A stretch of DNA of 64,000 bases from the human T2T-CHM13v2.0 reference genome, Homo sapiens: assembly GCF_009914755.1 (NCBI RefSeq), contig NC_060937.1. One strand, given 5' to 3'. Of this stretch, positions 25,916 to 39,339 are shown piece by piece. The position numbers were made by a program, and so were the translations under genes. Within the stretch, counting starts at the first letter, position 1. Each line of letters begins with the position of its first letter. The notes below the pieces were generated by a model. It saw nothing but the letters and a program-made list of their open reading frames with translations. It had not been told where the DNA came from and did no database searches.

Positions 25916-26924
25916 TTTATGGCTTCCAAGAATTTAATTTGGTATCATTAAACCCTGAGAGGAAAAAAAAAGATTTCCTTTTGACCTTTTGTTTCAGGGG
26001 GAAAAAATCTACAAAATACTTAATACAAAATTTCAAAAGATCACAAGTACCAAGCATGTATGATTATTACATTACTCAAAACCACAAATAGCATAAAAGA
26101 AAGTCATTTCAAGTTAGTGTTCAATATTCAATATTGTGTAAGATAGTTTGATTGTTTTAAATTAAGATAAATTACATGCGCTGTTTTTACTTGCAAGTAA
26201 TTTCAGGAATTTCTTTAGAAATTTTGCAGTCCAAAGTTTTTGAGATGTGTTGAAAATGGCCACTTTAGATAGGAAGACTTTTGGAAAAACTGTGTGAAAC
26301 TTTTCTTTTGTTATATGTTTTTTGAGTCAGATCCAGAAGCAGTGGTTAACCTAGCAACACTGACAAGAGTCGTAGTGGTAACTACATTATCATTTGATCT
26401 TTAAAACTTTGTTATTCATGTGACATTGAATTATTTCTTGCCTAATTAGCTTAATTATTAGTACATACTGTAGGTAGGACCAAAGTTTTGAATTCATAGC
26501 ATATTATAATAAAGTGGTATTATAGATGAAATATAAATATCATGGATTAATTCCACTAAGCCTTAATTAACTGTAAGCTAGACATTTTATGTATGTCATC
26601 ATCGAAATCTCGCAGAGGATCCTGTACAATGTCCTGTTGTTTTCTCCATTTCCCAGAAGAGGATACCTAGTCATCTCAGAAACCATACTATTTAATAATA
26701 GCTAATAGCTATGACTTATTTATTATTTTTATATATTCTGTTAAGCGTTGCATGTTACAATGCATAGCAGGATATCTCTCTGGGTAGAGAAGCATTGAAA
26801 ACATACAGACTGGACTTCCATCTATATGTCTTTGCCTCAGGACTTTTCTCTGTCTCCAGAGCCCACTCGGCTGGGATGGAATTACCTGAAAATTAGTGTA
26901 CATGCACAAGCACACGCACCTGTA

Positions 26925-26956
26925 CATACACACACACACGCACACACACACACACA
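26925..26956. repeat. (CA)n microsatellite
   Basis: CATACACACACACACGCACACACACACACACA. Confidence 0.9.
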
Positions 26957-27224
26957 AAGTCCAACATCCTCAACTAATCGTCTGGCTCCTTGCTCTTCAG
27001 TTAGTTCACTCTGAAGACCTTGTTCAATACAGCAGAGTTAAGCTCTAGCAGCCTTCAGTGATGTTTGCTAGATAGTGCAAATTCTATTAGCCACCTTCCT
27101 CTCTCAGTCTCACTTCACCTGTCTCCACCAGACTTTCCTGGAATTACCACCATGACAAATTTCTTGTGTTAGGATACTTGTCCCTGACTGTGCTGCTGGT
27201 GGAATCCAAAATGACACACCACGC

Positions 27225-27400
27225 TATTTAATCCTTTTAAGAACTCAGACGAGTAGGTGTTATTTCTTCAGTTTTTCAGAAGGAGAAATGAGGCTTAAAG
27301 AGATTAAGTTATTATACCCAAATCACACAGCTGTTAGGAAGTAGCCTATGGTCATATTCCTGCTATATAGTTTCTAGAATCTAAGATCTTGAACTCTATC
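27225..27400 (-). mobile_element. MIR SINE
   Basis: AGAAGGAGAAATGAGGCTTAAAGAGATTAAGT...CCCAAATCACACAGCT. Confidence 0.7.
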
Positions 27401-28631
27401 TTACTCCACATTTTGAGTAAATGTATTGAAATTCTATATCTGAAAAAGGACAACTAAATCACCATTATTGTATAACAAATATTTCAAAACATGACCTACT
27501 TACATTGCCCTAACTCCAAAAATAAAGGGAAGCATATTTAATAGTCCATGAATCCAATATATTTTGTTGAATCTGATCGCAACTATTATTTCACTAATGA
27601 TCAGTATTCTTCACAGCATAATGCATACCTTTTATTATCATTTGCTGACAAAAATCTAAGGCAGAAATGTATTTTTCTTAAATATTATGGAAGTCTGGTA
27701 TATTTTTCTTATCAAACAATATAATGCCACTGATAAAGTGGAAAATATGACCCATTCTCCTTAAAATAAAATTTATTTGAAGCCAAAGAAGTATGAGTAG
27801 CAAAAAAAAAAAAATTAAATCAGAAGGAAAGTATAAAAAGTGAGATCACTTTTCAACATTTTCACTAAGAACATGCAACGAATTCTAGAGAAGAACTCCT
27901 TTCTTTCCTTGTTAATTTCACTAAATGGTGTCTCAAAATTAAAGATATGTATTTACTCCTGAATTTGTGATTGCGTGTTCACTTTCTACCAAAGTTAACT
28001 TCAGGAAACATTGAAAACAAGATGTATAAATGGTTGAGCGACCCCAAATTTAAAGTTTCAGTCTCTAAATTCACAAACCATTCCCTTGAACTACCTGTGT
28101 TATTTAGAATAGACATATAGATCTCTTAATGGTTCATATTTCAAAGTATATAGGATGACTTATGACATTTCTACTTTTTATCTTTGCAAATTTCAACAAA
28201 TGAATAATATTAAAAATTCAAACAGCATAGCTAGAAAGACATTAAAGAAGAGTTGAGAACAAATTGATTCCGTGTTTAGATTGATTTGGATGACTGCTGA
28301 TGGTAGAGATTCTCTGAAAGTTTCTTTGAAGAGTGCATGCTAGAATTCTACTTTGCTTGTTTTGATATACTTTTTCTTTGTTCAACTATTTTCTTTAACT
28401 TCTTTTCTTAATTCCCTTTTATAAATACAGTTTGGAAATAGTAAAATAAAAAAACATTTATATAGTCCTTACTATATTCAAAAGATAACCCCATCATATT
28501 AATTATTAGTTTATTCATCAAAAATTCCTTTTACTATAGTGTAATCACTATCCACATTTACAAATGAGAAAACCAATATGAAAAGGTGAGAAAGATAAGA
28601 ACAGGCCATGACAGCTGGAAAATGGCATGGA

Positions 28632-28705
28632 ACTATATATTAGATTTTGGCATTGCTAGAAGCTGGGCACTGTATATTAGATTTTGGCATTGCTAGAAGT
28701 TGGCC
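28632..28705. repeat. 37-bp tandem duplication
   Basis: ACTATATATTAGATTTTGGCATTGCTAGAAGCTGGGC followed by ACTGTATATTAGATTTTGGCATTGCTAGAAGTTGGCC. Confidence 0.9.
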
Positions 28706-28857
28706 TCACAGTCACAAAAAGACTTTAGTCGAACATTTTAAAAAATTCACAAAATACGAATATCAGACAAGGTTACTCTCTTCCTATTGTAGATCAGAAC
28801 AAAAATAATAAAATTTCATAATCATGCTTTACTGGGGGCAAAAATAAGAACATTATC

Positions 28858-29234
28858 TGTATTATAAAAGTGGCCAGACATTCCCCTAGGAGTGCTGCTT
28901 CTTTACCAATTACAGCTTTAGGCTTGCCCTGGTCTTTTCAATTTGTGGATAAGAATTAACAAAATCCCCAAGAAATATCCCCATTTCCTGACAATATTCA
29001 ATCAAAGCAAAGCCTTATTTCCTTGGATTCTGTCCTAACACCTAATGCAGGTTCAGGTCCCATATTAAGTCCCTTTGGATACCCTCTTACTGAGATGCAC
29101 ACGGTTTCTCATGTGTGTTCTCCTTTGTTGCAGCAGGTTCATCAGCACAGCTTCATTGAACATAGAAATTAACACAAGTGTAGTATGTATTGTTAGATGT
29201 GCTACTGGTAGTCTTTGTCTAAAGGACATTGATA
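28858..29234 (+). mobile_element. Probable ERV solo LTR, family uncertain
   Basis: starts TGT; internal TTACTGAGATGCACACGGTTTCTCATGTGTGTTCTCCTTTGTTGCAGCA; ends GGTAGTCTTTGTCTAAAGGACATTGATA, like ERV1 LTR termini. Confidence 0.5.
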
Positions 29235-29940
29235 AAGATTAGGTAATTTTCCCATAGTCACACCACATGTAAGTGGCAAAGATTAGATTTCAACCTAGGA
29301 TAACTTAACTGCTTTCATTATTAAACAAAAAAAAAGTGATGTGGAAGCCAATTTAGTATCTAAATTAATATCTTCACCTTGTCGAAAAGTGGAAGGATTT
29401 GCCTAATGTCATATAAGTAAGAAGACAGTGCAAGGAAAAAACCGTCACATCAGAACAGATTTTGATTTCCACATACTTTGTCCTGCACATAGGATTTTTT
29501 GTTGTTCTTCTTAATTTATTGGTAAAAGTGTTAAAAATATTCTTTTAACAGTGGCTATCATAAACACTATGCTGCTGATTGGTGCTAAAATTGAGATAAT
29601 AATTTATATTAAGCCTACTCTCAGTGAAAATTGGAGATAGTAATTTATAATAAGCCTGCTTCTGGAAAATAAATTCCTCAGGTCAAAGATTGGAAAATTA
29701 TTTCTAGTGAAGATACCCAAGAAAAAATCATGCAATATTTTCACTGCTATATGGTACTAAATAAAAATAAAAATTAAACAATGATGATAAAACAAAGCCC
29801 TTCAAACTTCATGAATGTCAATAAGTATTCTGATTATTGTGAATAATATTTAGCAAGCTTCCTTTTTAAAGTAAAATTGATTAAGAGCAGTGGTGTATTA
29901 CTGAGAATGACTTGCTATTTTAATATATATAATAAAAGTA

Positions 29941-30230
29941 TAGCCAGGCATGGTGGCTTGCACCTATAATCCCAGCACTTTGTGTGGCTGAGGCAGGAGG
30001 ATTCCTTGAAGCCAGGAGTTCAAGACCAGACTAAGCAACATATCAAAACTCCATCTCTACAAAATAAACAAACAAACAAACAAACAAACAAACTGGCATG
30101 GTAGTGTGTACCTGTAGCTGGGAGGCTGTGGCAGGAGGATCACTTGAGCCCAGGAGTTTGAGGTTGCAGCTATGATTGTACCACTGTACTCCAGTCTGAG
30201 TGACAGAGTGAGACCTGGTCTCTAAAATAA
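29941..30230 (+). mobile_element. AluJ with (AAAC)n central linker
   Basis: AGCCAGGCATGGTGGCTTGCACCTATAATCCC...GGATCACTTGAGCCCAGGAGTTTGAGGTTGCAG. Confidence 0.93.
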
Positions 30231-30233
30231 ATA

Positions 30234-30247
30234 AATATATATATACT

Positions 30248-30315
<68 letters not shown>
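30234..30315. repeat. Compound (TA)n(GA)n microsatellite at the Alu tail
   Basis: ATATATAT...ATAGAGAGAGAG... Confidence 0.95.
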
Positions 30316-30320
<5 letters not shown>

Positions 30321-30559
30321 GTAGTAATTCTGGAACCAAATATAATTTTAAAATGCTTTAGAGAGGTTTTGTTTATTTTTATATATTCAGAATAATCCAA
30401 GTAGTCTTAAAAGGTTATATTTTTAAAAAGTTATACTGATATTTATGTAAAATAATATTTATAATATATTTTATTATACAATATTTAACTTCCTATTTCA
30501 TTAAAAATATATTAGATGTATATATATCTGGACTTTTAAAATGAACATTTCTATTATTT

Positions 30560-31290
30560 TTACAGGTGATAATGGGGATACAATAACTTATACATATTTG
30601 TAGTGATCAATTGATATGTTTTTATATATGTATATACCCACAAAACATATATGAGTGCATGCATTTGTATACACATATATGTACACTCATGAAACCAGCA
30701 CTACAATCAAGATTATGAAAATCTCAATCATACCAAAAAGTTTATTACAGCCCTTTGGAATCTCTCACTTCTAACAATCCCCAAATCTTCCTCAGTATCC
30801 AGACAACCATTGAACTGCATTTCGTTTTCTGGAATTGTACACAAATGAAATTATATAGTACAAATACTATTTTTAAATTTGGCTTCTTTTACTCAGTATA
30901 ATTATTCAGAAATTAATCCATGTGTAGTATGTATCGTTAGTACAGTTATTTTCATTGCTGAGTACCAGTCCACTGTATGCGTATACTACAGTTTGTTTAT
31001 TCTTGCACCTCTTGATGTACATGAGTGTTGATGGACTTGTTGATGCACATATGAGTGTTGATGGATGTATGAGTGTTGATGGACATATGAATGCTGATGG
31101 ACCTCTTGATGCACATATGAGTGTTGATGGACATATGCATGTTGATGGACCTGTTCATACACATATAAGTGTTGATGGACATATTAGTGTTGATGAACCT
31201 GTTAATGCACGTATGTGTGTTGATGGACATATGATTTGTTTTGGCCAATAAAAATTGAGTTGCTGTGATAGCTGTGTACAAGTATTTATT
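30560..31290 (-). mobile_element. L1MB/MC 3' fragment containing a minisatellite
   Basis: TGAAACCAGCACTACAATCAAG...TTTGGCTTCTTTTACTCAGTATAATTATTCAGAAATTAATCCATG...TTCATTGCTGAGTA. Confidence 0.8.
31009..31234. repeat. Minisatellite of 18-bp (ATATGAGTGTTGATGGAC) and 12-bp (CTGTTGATGCAC) units
   Basis: 14 units read directly; lengths 12,16,12,18,18,18,12,18,18,12,18,18,12,18. Confidence 0.93.
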
Positions 31291-31621
31291 TTAGTTTCCT
31301 ATTTTCTCCTTTTCTCCCTTTTTTGGCCTTAATTCAGTGGTTTTAAAAATGCCACTTTATCTACTTTGTTGGCTTTTTAGCTGTAATTTTTTTTTGTTTA
31401 TTTGTAGTCATTATGGTAAGATTTATAGCATACACTTTTAACTTATCACAATAATATCATACCTCTTCACATGTAATAAAACAGCTTTACAATACATTTT
31501 CCTTCACATCTGTTATAAATCCCAGTCTGCATTGTTATTATTATGGCTTTAAACAGTAATTTTAAAATTCTGTAATTTATAGTAAAATTTTAGTAAAAAT
31601 TTCAGTAATTAAAAAACAGTA

Positions 31622-31935
31622 GGCTGAGCACCGTGACTCACGCCTGGAATCCCAGAATTTTGGAAGGCTTAAGTGGGTGGATTACTTCAGCCCGCCCAGG
31701 AGTTCCAAACCAGCCTGGGCAACATGGCAAAACCCTGTTTCTACAAAAAATACAAGAATTAGCCAAGCATGGTAGCATGTGTCTGTAGTCACAGCTACCT
31801 TGGGAGGATGAGGTGGGAGGATTGCTTTGTCCCAGGGAGGTTGCAATCAGCAGTGATTGTGGCACTGCACCTGAGCCGAAGTGACAGAGCAAGACCCTCC
31901 CTCAAAAAATAAAACAAAACAATGATCAAAAAAAT
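31622..31935 (+). mobile_element. AluJ
   Basis: GGCTGAGCACCGTGACTCACGCC...GAGGTGGGAGGATTGCTT...GACAGAGCAAGACCCT followed by an A-rich tail. Confidence 0.9.
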
Positions 31936-32952
31936 AAAGAATAACCAAGAGTATTTTATTTGATCATCTGATATGATTTCCTTCTGCAAGAAATACATTA
32001 TTTAATACTTACTACAATTCAGATCTGCTAGGGATAAATTATTTCACTTTTTACATGTCTGAAAAAATCTTTAGTTTACACTTATTTTTTAAAATTTATT
32101 TGCCTTGAATATAGAATTTTAGATTTCATGGCGTTTTTAATTACTGTTTTTGTGGTTGTTTTACCTTTCAACACTTTAAAGATATTGTTCCACTCTCTTC
32201 TAGCTTGCATTTTTTAGTATAAGAAGTTGGCCGTCACTGTTCTCTTCTTTCATATGTATGTAATTTCTTCTCTGATGCTTGTGCTTGCAGTTTATTGAGC
32301 TTCTTTCATGTATGGGTTTATCGTTTTCATCAAATATGGAAAAATTTTGGTCATCATCTTAAAATATTTTTTCTGCCCCCTTATCCTTCCTAGGGCCACT
32401 TACTTGTGTATTCCACTCCTTGAAGTTGTCCCAGTTTACTGATGCTCTCTTCACTTTTTATTTTCATTATTTTCCCTCTTTATTTAATTTTGGAATGTTT
32501 CTATTGCTTTTTTTTCATGTTCAGTAATCTTTACTTTTGCAGTATATAATCTGTGAATGTCACTCGTGTATTTTTCATCTAATATACTGCACAAATTAAA
32601 TTTAGATTTGTTGTAAAATATCATTTCTGTCTCTACTTAATATGCTCAATATTTCCTCTGCCTTTTTGAATGTATGAAATATATAAAACAACTTTTTATT
32701 TCTAATGTATTACTGCTATAATCTGTTTTATTTTTGTGCCTGTTTCAAATAATTTATTTTCATTCTCATTTTGAGTTGTATTTTCCTGTCCCTTTGCATG
32801 CCTGATGATGTTTAAATTGATCTCAGACATATTGAATTTTACTTTGATATTAAGTTTACTTTGATGCTGAGTATTTTTGCATTGCTATCAATATTTCTGG
32901 GTGTTGTTCTTGGATGCAATTAAGTTTTTTGAAAAGAGTCTGATGTTTGAGC

Positions 32953-33166
32953 TGTGGTTCCCAACTGAAGATGTTTTGGATGCCCCCTCAGGGACATTTG
33001 TCATTTTCTGGAGACATTTTTGGTTGTCATAAATAGTAAGGCTGCTTGCAAGTGGCATGTAGTGAGTAGAGACCAGAGATGCTGCTAAATACAGCACATA
33101 AAACAGCCCCACACAAATAATTATCTGGTCCAAAATGTTAATAGGGTAACTGTTGAGAAACCATGC
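32953..33166 (+). mobile_element. MER20 DNA transposon
   Basis: GTGGTTCCCAAC...CCCCTCAGGGACATTTG...CTGGAGACATTTTTGGTTGTCA...GTAGAGACCAGAGATGCTGCTAAA...GTTGAGAAACCATG. Confidence 0.88.
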
Positions 33167-34539
33167 TTGAGAGGCTTTCTTTTAAGTTTTCTTTCATGAC
33201 ACCAGACCAACCATTAATATTTCCACTAATGAGTATTCCCTTACGAGTATTCTACCTGATATTTCAAAATAATCAGATTTTTCTAATATGGCCTTTGAGG
33301 CACAGACAATTCCTAGCTCTCTGTGAGCTCCAGTAAGTTTCCTCACTTCCTTTCATGTGGTTCTCCTCCCCATCCTCACATTGTTTTCTCATACTAATCC
33401 TCGGAAAGTGTTTAGTTGGACTCAAGAGGGCCCCTCTTTGGATTTCCAGAGCTCTGTATCTCGGAGGTTCTCCTCTTGGATATTCTGTCCTGTGAACTAC
33501 AGCCTCCTTGGACTCCAAGGTCTCCCAGCTCCAACTTCTCTGCTCAGGAAGATCACAATGCTCCACCTGCATTCCCCATTTCCAAACCCTCCACTGTGGT
33601 TTGGAAATTCTACCAGGTAGCACGATGGGGCAGGTTAGGCTCACATTGTTTGTTTCCCTTTTTTTAAGGGAGCTCTGTTTTCCACTAACAGTTTTCCTAT
33701 GTCTGAAAAATAGTTGTGTATCTTTCATCTGATATTTTTAGTTGTGTATGCAGAAGGGTAAATTTGGTGAGTATTATTCAAATTTGATCAGGAGTTTCTT
33801 TTTATTTGTTTTTTAGGTGAGTAGTATTCAAAATTGAAATATAAACATACACATTCTTAGGGAAATGGATTTGTTTCATAAATTTAACAATTTTTTTTTC
33901 TGAAGAGCACATGATATATTTTAGAAGGAATGTTTCTTATATATAAATAAATACGTTAGATTGTTGAGATTAAGTGTTACATGTTTTCCCTATAATTATT
34001 TTGAGAGTTAATATGTGTCTGGCTGGAAGAATTTTAACATTTTTTTCCTCACTGATATTTGAGTTTTATATACATAGTAAATGATCAGCCTACAAACTTA
34101 TACACAGGATAGGCAAATATGGCTGCTCTATTAAATACAAACAATTTCTTCCTCTAGGTCAAATCTCTTATACATTTACCAATAATTATAAGAAAAAGTG
34201 TTAACAAAACATGTCTTCCTTTTAAGCTGCTATATTATAGATCTGTAAAACATATCACTACTTATGAGGTGGTAAAAACAGACAAATATGGAGGCAGCAG
34301 TTTTGAATAAAAACTCCATTCAGTCTTCCTGAGTTTCAATACCTTGGACTACTGGTACATGAGCTAAAGTTAGAGGATGTTTGGGCACTGGGGAGAGTGA
34401 TATTATCCTCTAGAAATGTTGTGATGATTAAAGGAAATGATTAATACGACAGAGGAGTACAAAACTACAAAGTAAATATATGAATATAAAATATATGAAT
34501 ATAAAATTGTTTGAAAATGCGGTTAAGGATACCATTAAT

Positions 34540-34770
34540 AGATAATATTTAGTAAGCACTTTGAGAGCATACCTTTCTACCTTGTGAACAGCCCATTGCA
34601 TGCGTTATTTGATTCTTACAGGAGTTCTGCTTAGTTACTATCATTCTGTTTCACAGATGCGGAAACAGAGGCACAAAGAAATAACCTTCATTTCAGGAAG
34701 AACAACCAGTGGACTGTTTTTAGTGCCAGAGTCAAGACGACGTCTTCTGATTCCACCTGATACTTACTCC
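34540..34770 (-). mobile_element. MIR SINE
   Basis: TCTGTTTCACAGATGCGGAAACAGAGGCACAAAGA. Confidence 0.6.
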
Positions 34771-35075
34771 ATATACAAATAGCAAGAACAATGTCTTAAT
34801 ACTTTTGATTCTCTTACCCAGCAAAGGGTCCTTAGTAGACGTGAGCAAGAACATGTCTATTTCAATAAACAAACAAGTAAACAAATAAAATCTATCATGT
34901 TATGAAACAATAAAAGAGCTTGGTGGATATAGAATGGGGAAAAGAGAATTAGTTTTGAGTCAAAATATCTGGATATGAGTCTTTGTTATGCAGTTAAATC
35001 ATTCACCAAATATCATTGAGAGCTCGATTCTGTCAGGCTCTCTGACACATAAAAAAAAAAAAATAGAGAACTATG

Positions 35076-35445
<370 letters not shown>

Positions 35446-38400
35446 TCATTGCTGTTGTTTTATAAAAGTTACTTTCTTTGATGCCAGGTTAGTTCAGAGT
35501 GCTTATCAATCTCCTTTCTCAATTCATTTTAAGTGAGAAAAAATCCTGACCATTTTGAATTAACATATTCTATTGTCTTCTGATAACTAATAGTTATTCA
35601 ACGTAATGAAAAGAGCTGCTTTTGTTTCATAATATCAATTGTGTGAAACTTAGTAAAAAATATTCTCTTCCTATTTTTCATGAAAGATAGCTCCAGTAAT
35701 TGTTTCTAGATCTTTAATTGGTTTGGAAGAGATAAGTAAAATTAACCTTTCAATACTTTGTAGAAAGTAGGACTCCAGAAGTTTAGATTTCTACTAATTA
35801 TAAAACAACTGCAACTCTGCTACTCCACAAACACATCAATAACAAGTTTTTAATACCAATTCACTGTATCTCTGTTTTGGGAAATTATATTTAAAAATAA
35901 AGAAAACCTATTTAAAGTAATATTATTTCAGTAATTTTTTTCACAGGTGCAATTTGATACACATTATAATGTCGTGATTCTTTTCTAAAGCCACTTTGTA
36001 TTGGGACATATGAATACTGTCACATACTGGGTCACTGCAAGCTGAATATATTTTCTAAATCTGTTAGCTATCATGTCAGCAGTTCTTGGAAAACAGATCC
36101 AAAACAGCAGATGGCTGAGAATTTAGGCTCCCTGTACTTAAACTGGTAGTAAAGATGTCATTGCTAATCCACAGACCTAACTGAATCTTTGAATTCCTCA
36201 ACAGAATGTTTCCATATATTGCTTAATCATTTTCCAGACTTGCAGGCTCAAGGTAATCTGACTCTTAAATACTGCATATTAATCTGTCATTACATATAGC
36301 TTATGGGATTTTTTCATGGATTGACTTACAAAGAAACAGTTTTGTTGATACATAGTTAAATCATTTTTCATGTGTCTGATTCTCTGGAAAAGAGAAAAAC
36401 ACATATAACTTTACTTAAATCAGTAAAGAACTAGCATTTTAGATATAATTTATCTGTATAACATACCATATTTGGCATATGAATCAGAAAATGAATCATA
36501 GAATCAGATTTGACCTCCAACGGAGAAGTGAAAGGGTACATTATAAATCTATATCTGCCAATAGTCACCTCAATAGTTTATGATTTTACAATCAATATTA
36601 AATATAATGATAAGTTAATTGTACTTAATTTTGTTTTAAATTGAGTTATCAATAAATTCTGAAATTAGATTTTGGAGAAAAGAACTTTAATTGTATTGGC
36701 AATGTGCATTTATGAAATACTTATCAATATACTCTGATACATTTGATTTTGGATGTTGAAAGAAAAACTACATTCATAAATTTTTCTATTAGAATGATGT
36801 TAACAAGGTTTGATTAATATACATTACATATACATTGTTTATTCTTAGGAAGAATAAGTTAAAGAAGCAGCAGTTAGATTGCTAATTTTTTGTTTATTAA
36901 GGAAGAAAGATGTTAATTAGTTAGGAGTACATTGAAAAAGTGTTAATATATTTCTGAATATATATGAGACCAAATATTCAAGTTATTGAAAATTAGAACA
37001 TCTGAAGAATATCTCCTGGTCATTGCTCTCAACAAACTTTTATAGAAGACTTTCAGAAGACAGCACACTACAGTTGTTATGGGATTTCAAAATATACTTT
37101 AAATTTGTTAATTCCACTTGAGATAAATGAGAAAAACCGCATAATCTCCACACCCGGTCTCAATTATAGTTAAAGTTCTTACTCATTATTGATGCAGGTT
37201 CCATCAAAGTGATCAAAATACAGTAATTGGGAATTCTGGAAAATTTTACGGAATTGAATATTATAGTCTGACAAATTTTGGAAACTCATGATTTTCATGG
37301 TATTTGGCAAATTGATGTAAGAATAATAAACAGAATCTCCAAATTCTCTGAAGAATATATATGTATTCTTAATATATTATGTGAATATACAATATAATAT
37401 ATGAATATGATATATACATATATTTTTATATATATGGTTTTGCTTTCAAAACTCCCCAAGCAATAAATGGATGTGACTTATATAAGAGCACTAACTGTTT
37501 GAGATCACTGAAAATACATCATGAAAACAGTCACAAAACAATGTTTCTTTGAGTTGAATCATATTCATAATTTTGAAATTAAGAAAAAGAGATGCAGTGA
37601 AGTAATTAACTTTCCTTACCCATATAGTTAGTAAGTGACAGAAACAGGGTTTTCATTTTGTTCCTTTCATTTCAAAGTTCAGATTATTTCCAGTAGTGCC
37701 TTACATTGCCAGAAATAAGTATCTATTGGCAGGATGGAAACATAATTCTATAGAAAACAATACTTTAAAAAAAAAAAGCAGTATGTTGGGGAAGAAAATA
37801 AACAACAATATATATATATATATATTATCTAGATAAAATTTAAAATATTATGTCAAGCAGCATGATTTTACAAGGTAAAAAACACACATACAATTATTTC
37901 AATTTGGGAAAGATTATATTGTGGGCAAGCACTTTGTTTTATAGTGCTTTTTATAAATATCTGCATATATTTACATTAGAGAAATAGGAGAGGTATTGAT
38001 GGCAGTGGTAAGTCAATATAAAGAAGAAATCATTAACAGTAAGAGATACATAAATAATTGAACTGACTGACTCAAAATTTAGCTACTTAACATTAAAATT
38101 GTTCAAAAACAGTTTGGATAACAATAATAGACTGTATCACGTATATGGTTTTGTCTAGTTCGTTAACTAGTTGATATAGTTGCTATCGATTCTAACAACA
38201 TGAAAATAATTTCAGGGTGCTTCGTTACTTAAAATTTTAAAAAATAAGTCTTAATTACAAATTGGATGTATAATAAACACTAAAAAGTATTATTATGATG
38301 TATGAAAACAAATTTATTTTAAAATAATAGGTTGTCATTTACCTAGTCCTCTACATGTTATAATACATTTGTATAAGAACTACTCAGTCTAATGGTTTAG

Positions 38401-39339
38401 TAATAATTAAAACAAATTGTCAAAAAATTGTTTATATTATGATCAGTATATTTTATTTTTTAAAAACATCAGTAAATATATAAAGAAGAAAAAATATATT
38501 AATTTTAAATATAAATTTAGGTTCTTAACTAAAATTTAATTTACAGGTAACTACTTTGTAGTAATTCATATATTGCTCAACTTAAAGAATAAAGAAATTA
38601 TCATACTTTCATCAGCAGGAAAAGGATTTTGCACAGAAATCACTATGATACATGGTTGTAGATATTCATTTACAGAGTGCCCCTTGTATTTTGCCCATTC
38701 TGAAAGAAATATTGTATCAGCTCAAGAAGTACACTAATAAAATTATTTAGGAGTCATATACTACTTCTGCACACACACACACACACACAAACTCACTTTT
38801 TTTCATTAACTTAAATCAAAGATGTCTTTTGACTAAATTTAAGACTGAGTCGAGAACAAAAGATACATCATCCTTCAAGCTACTGAAGATCGGGGGGCTG
38901 CCTCTCTCTCAGGAGTAGAAATCTCTCAGATCCCTATCAGTGAGACTTGGTTCTGGAAATATTTGTCCTTTCTGAATATCAGCCAGAGGCTGATAGAAAA
39001 GCAGGAGGCAAATAAAGATATTTCTTAACTTTGCAAGCTCTTTCTTCTCTGGAGCTTTTTCCAAAGAATAGTTTTTATGTGAAACAAACTGATAGCTTCA
39101 AGTTATAGCCCATTGAAAGTGGTCTGCTTACTATTATCTGCACCCATACAGTAATGTGGCACCTTATCTAGAGAGTGAGGCCAGTGGACCAACCATAGTG
39201 ATAAATTTGACATTTCAAGAAAACGTGTTTTTGATGCTAAATCAGCTCACTTATTTCCTTCAATGCCCTTCTACTTTGATTTTTGCACACACAAAAATGT
39301 GATTGAAAAGTAAATTGAACAGGAGAATTATTCACAATT

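Larger units (their letters stand above)
31300..33795 (-). mobile_element. L1M (MC/MD-like) 5' region, interrupted by an AluJ and a MER20
   Basis: CTTTCAACACTTTAAAGATATTGTTCCACT...TTTCATCAAATATGGAAAAATTTTGG...GGGTAAATTTGGTGAG resemble antisense L1M ORF1/5'UTR sequence. Confidence 0.7.

Noticed and set aside
30955-31281. Repeat-protein CDS (SVDGHM)n or a CRISPR array
   Set aside because: The open frames follow from 12/18-bp repeat units inside an L1; there are no unique spacers or cas genes and the DNA is primate
33273-33732. 151-aa ORF and overlapping ORFs
   Set aside because: They lie in the GC-richer 5' region of a decayed L1M and show no recognisable domain
34474-34507. 15-bp AT-rich tandem duplication (similar ones near 13863 and 14140)
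   Set aside because: Ordinary low-complexity slippage
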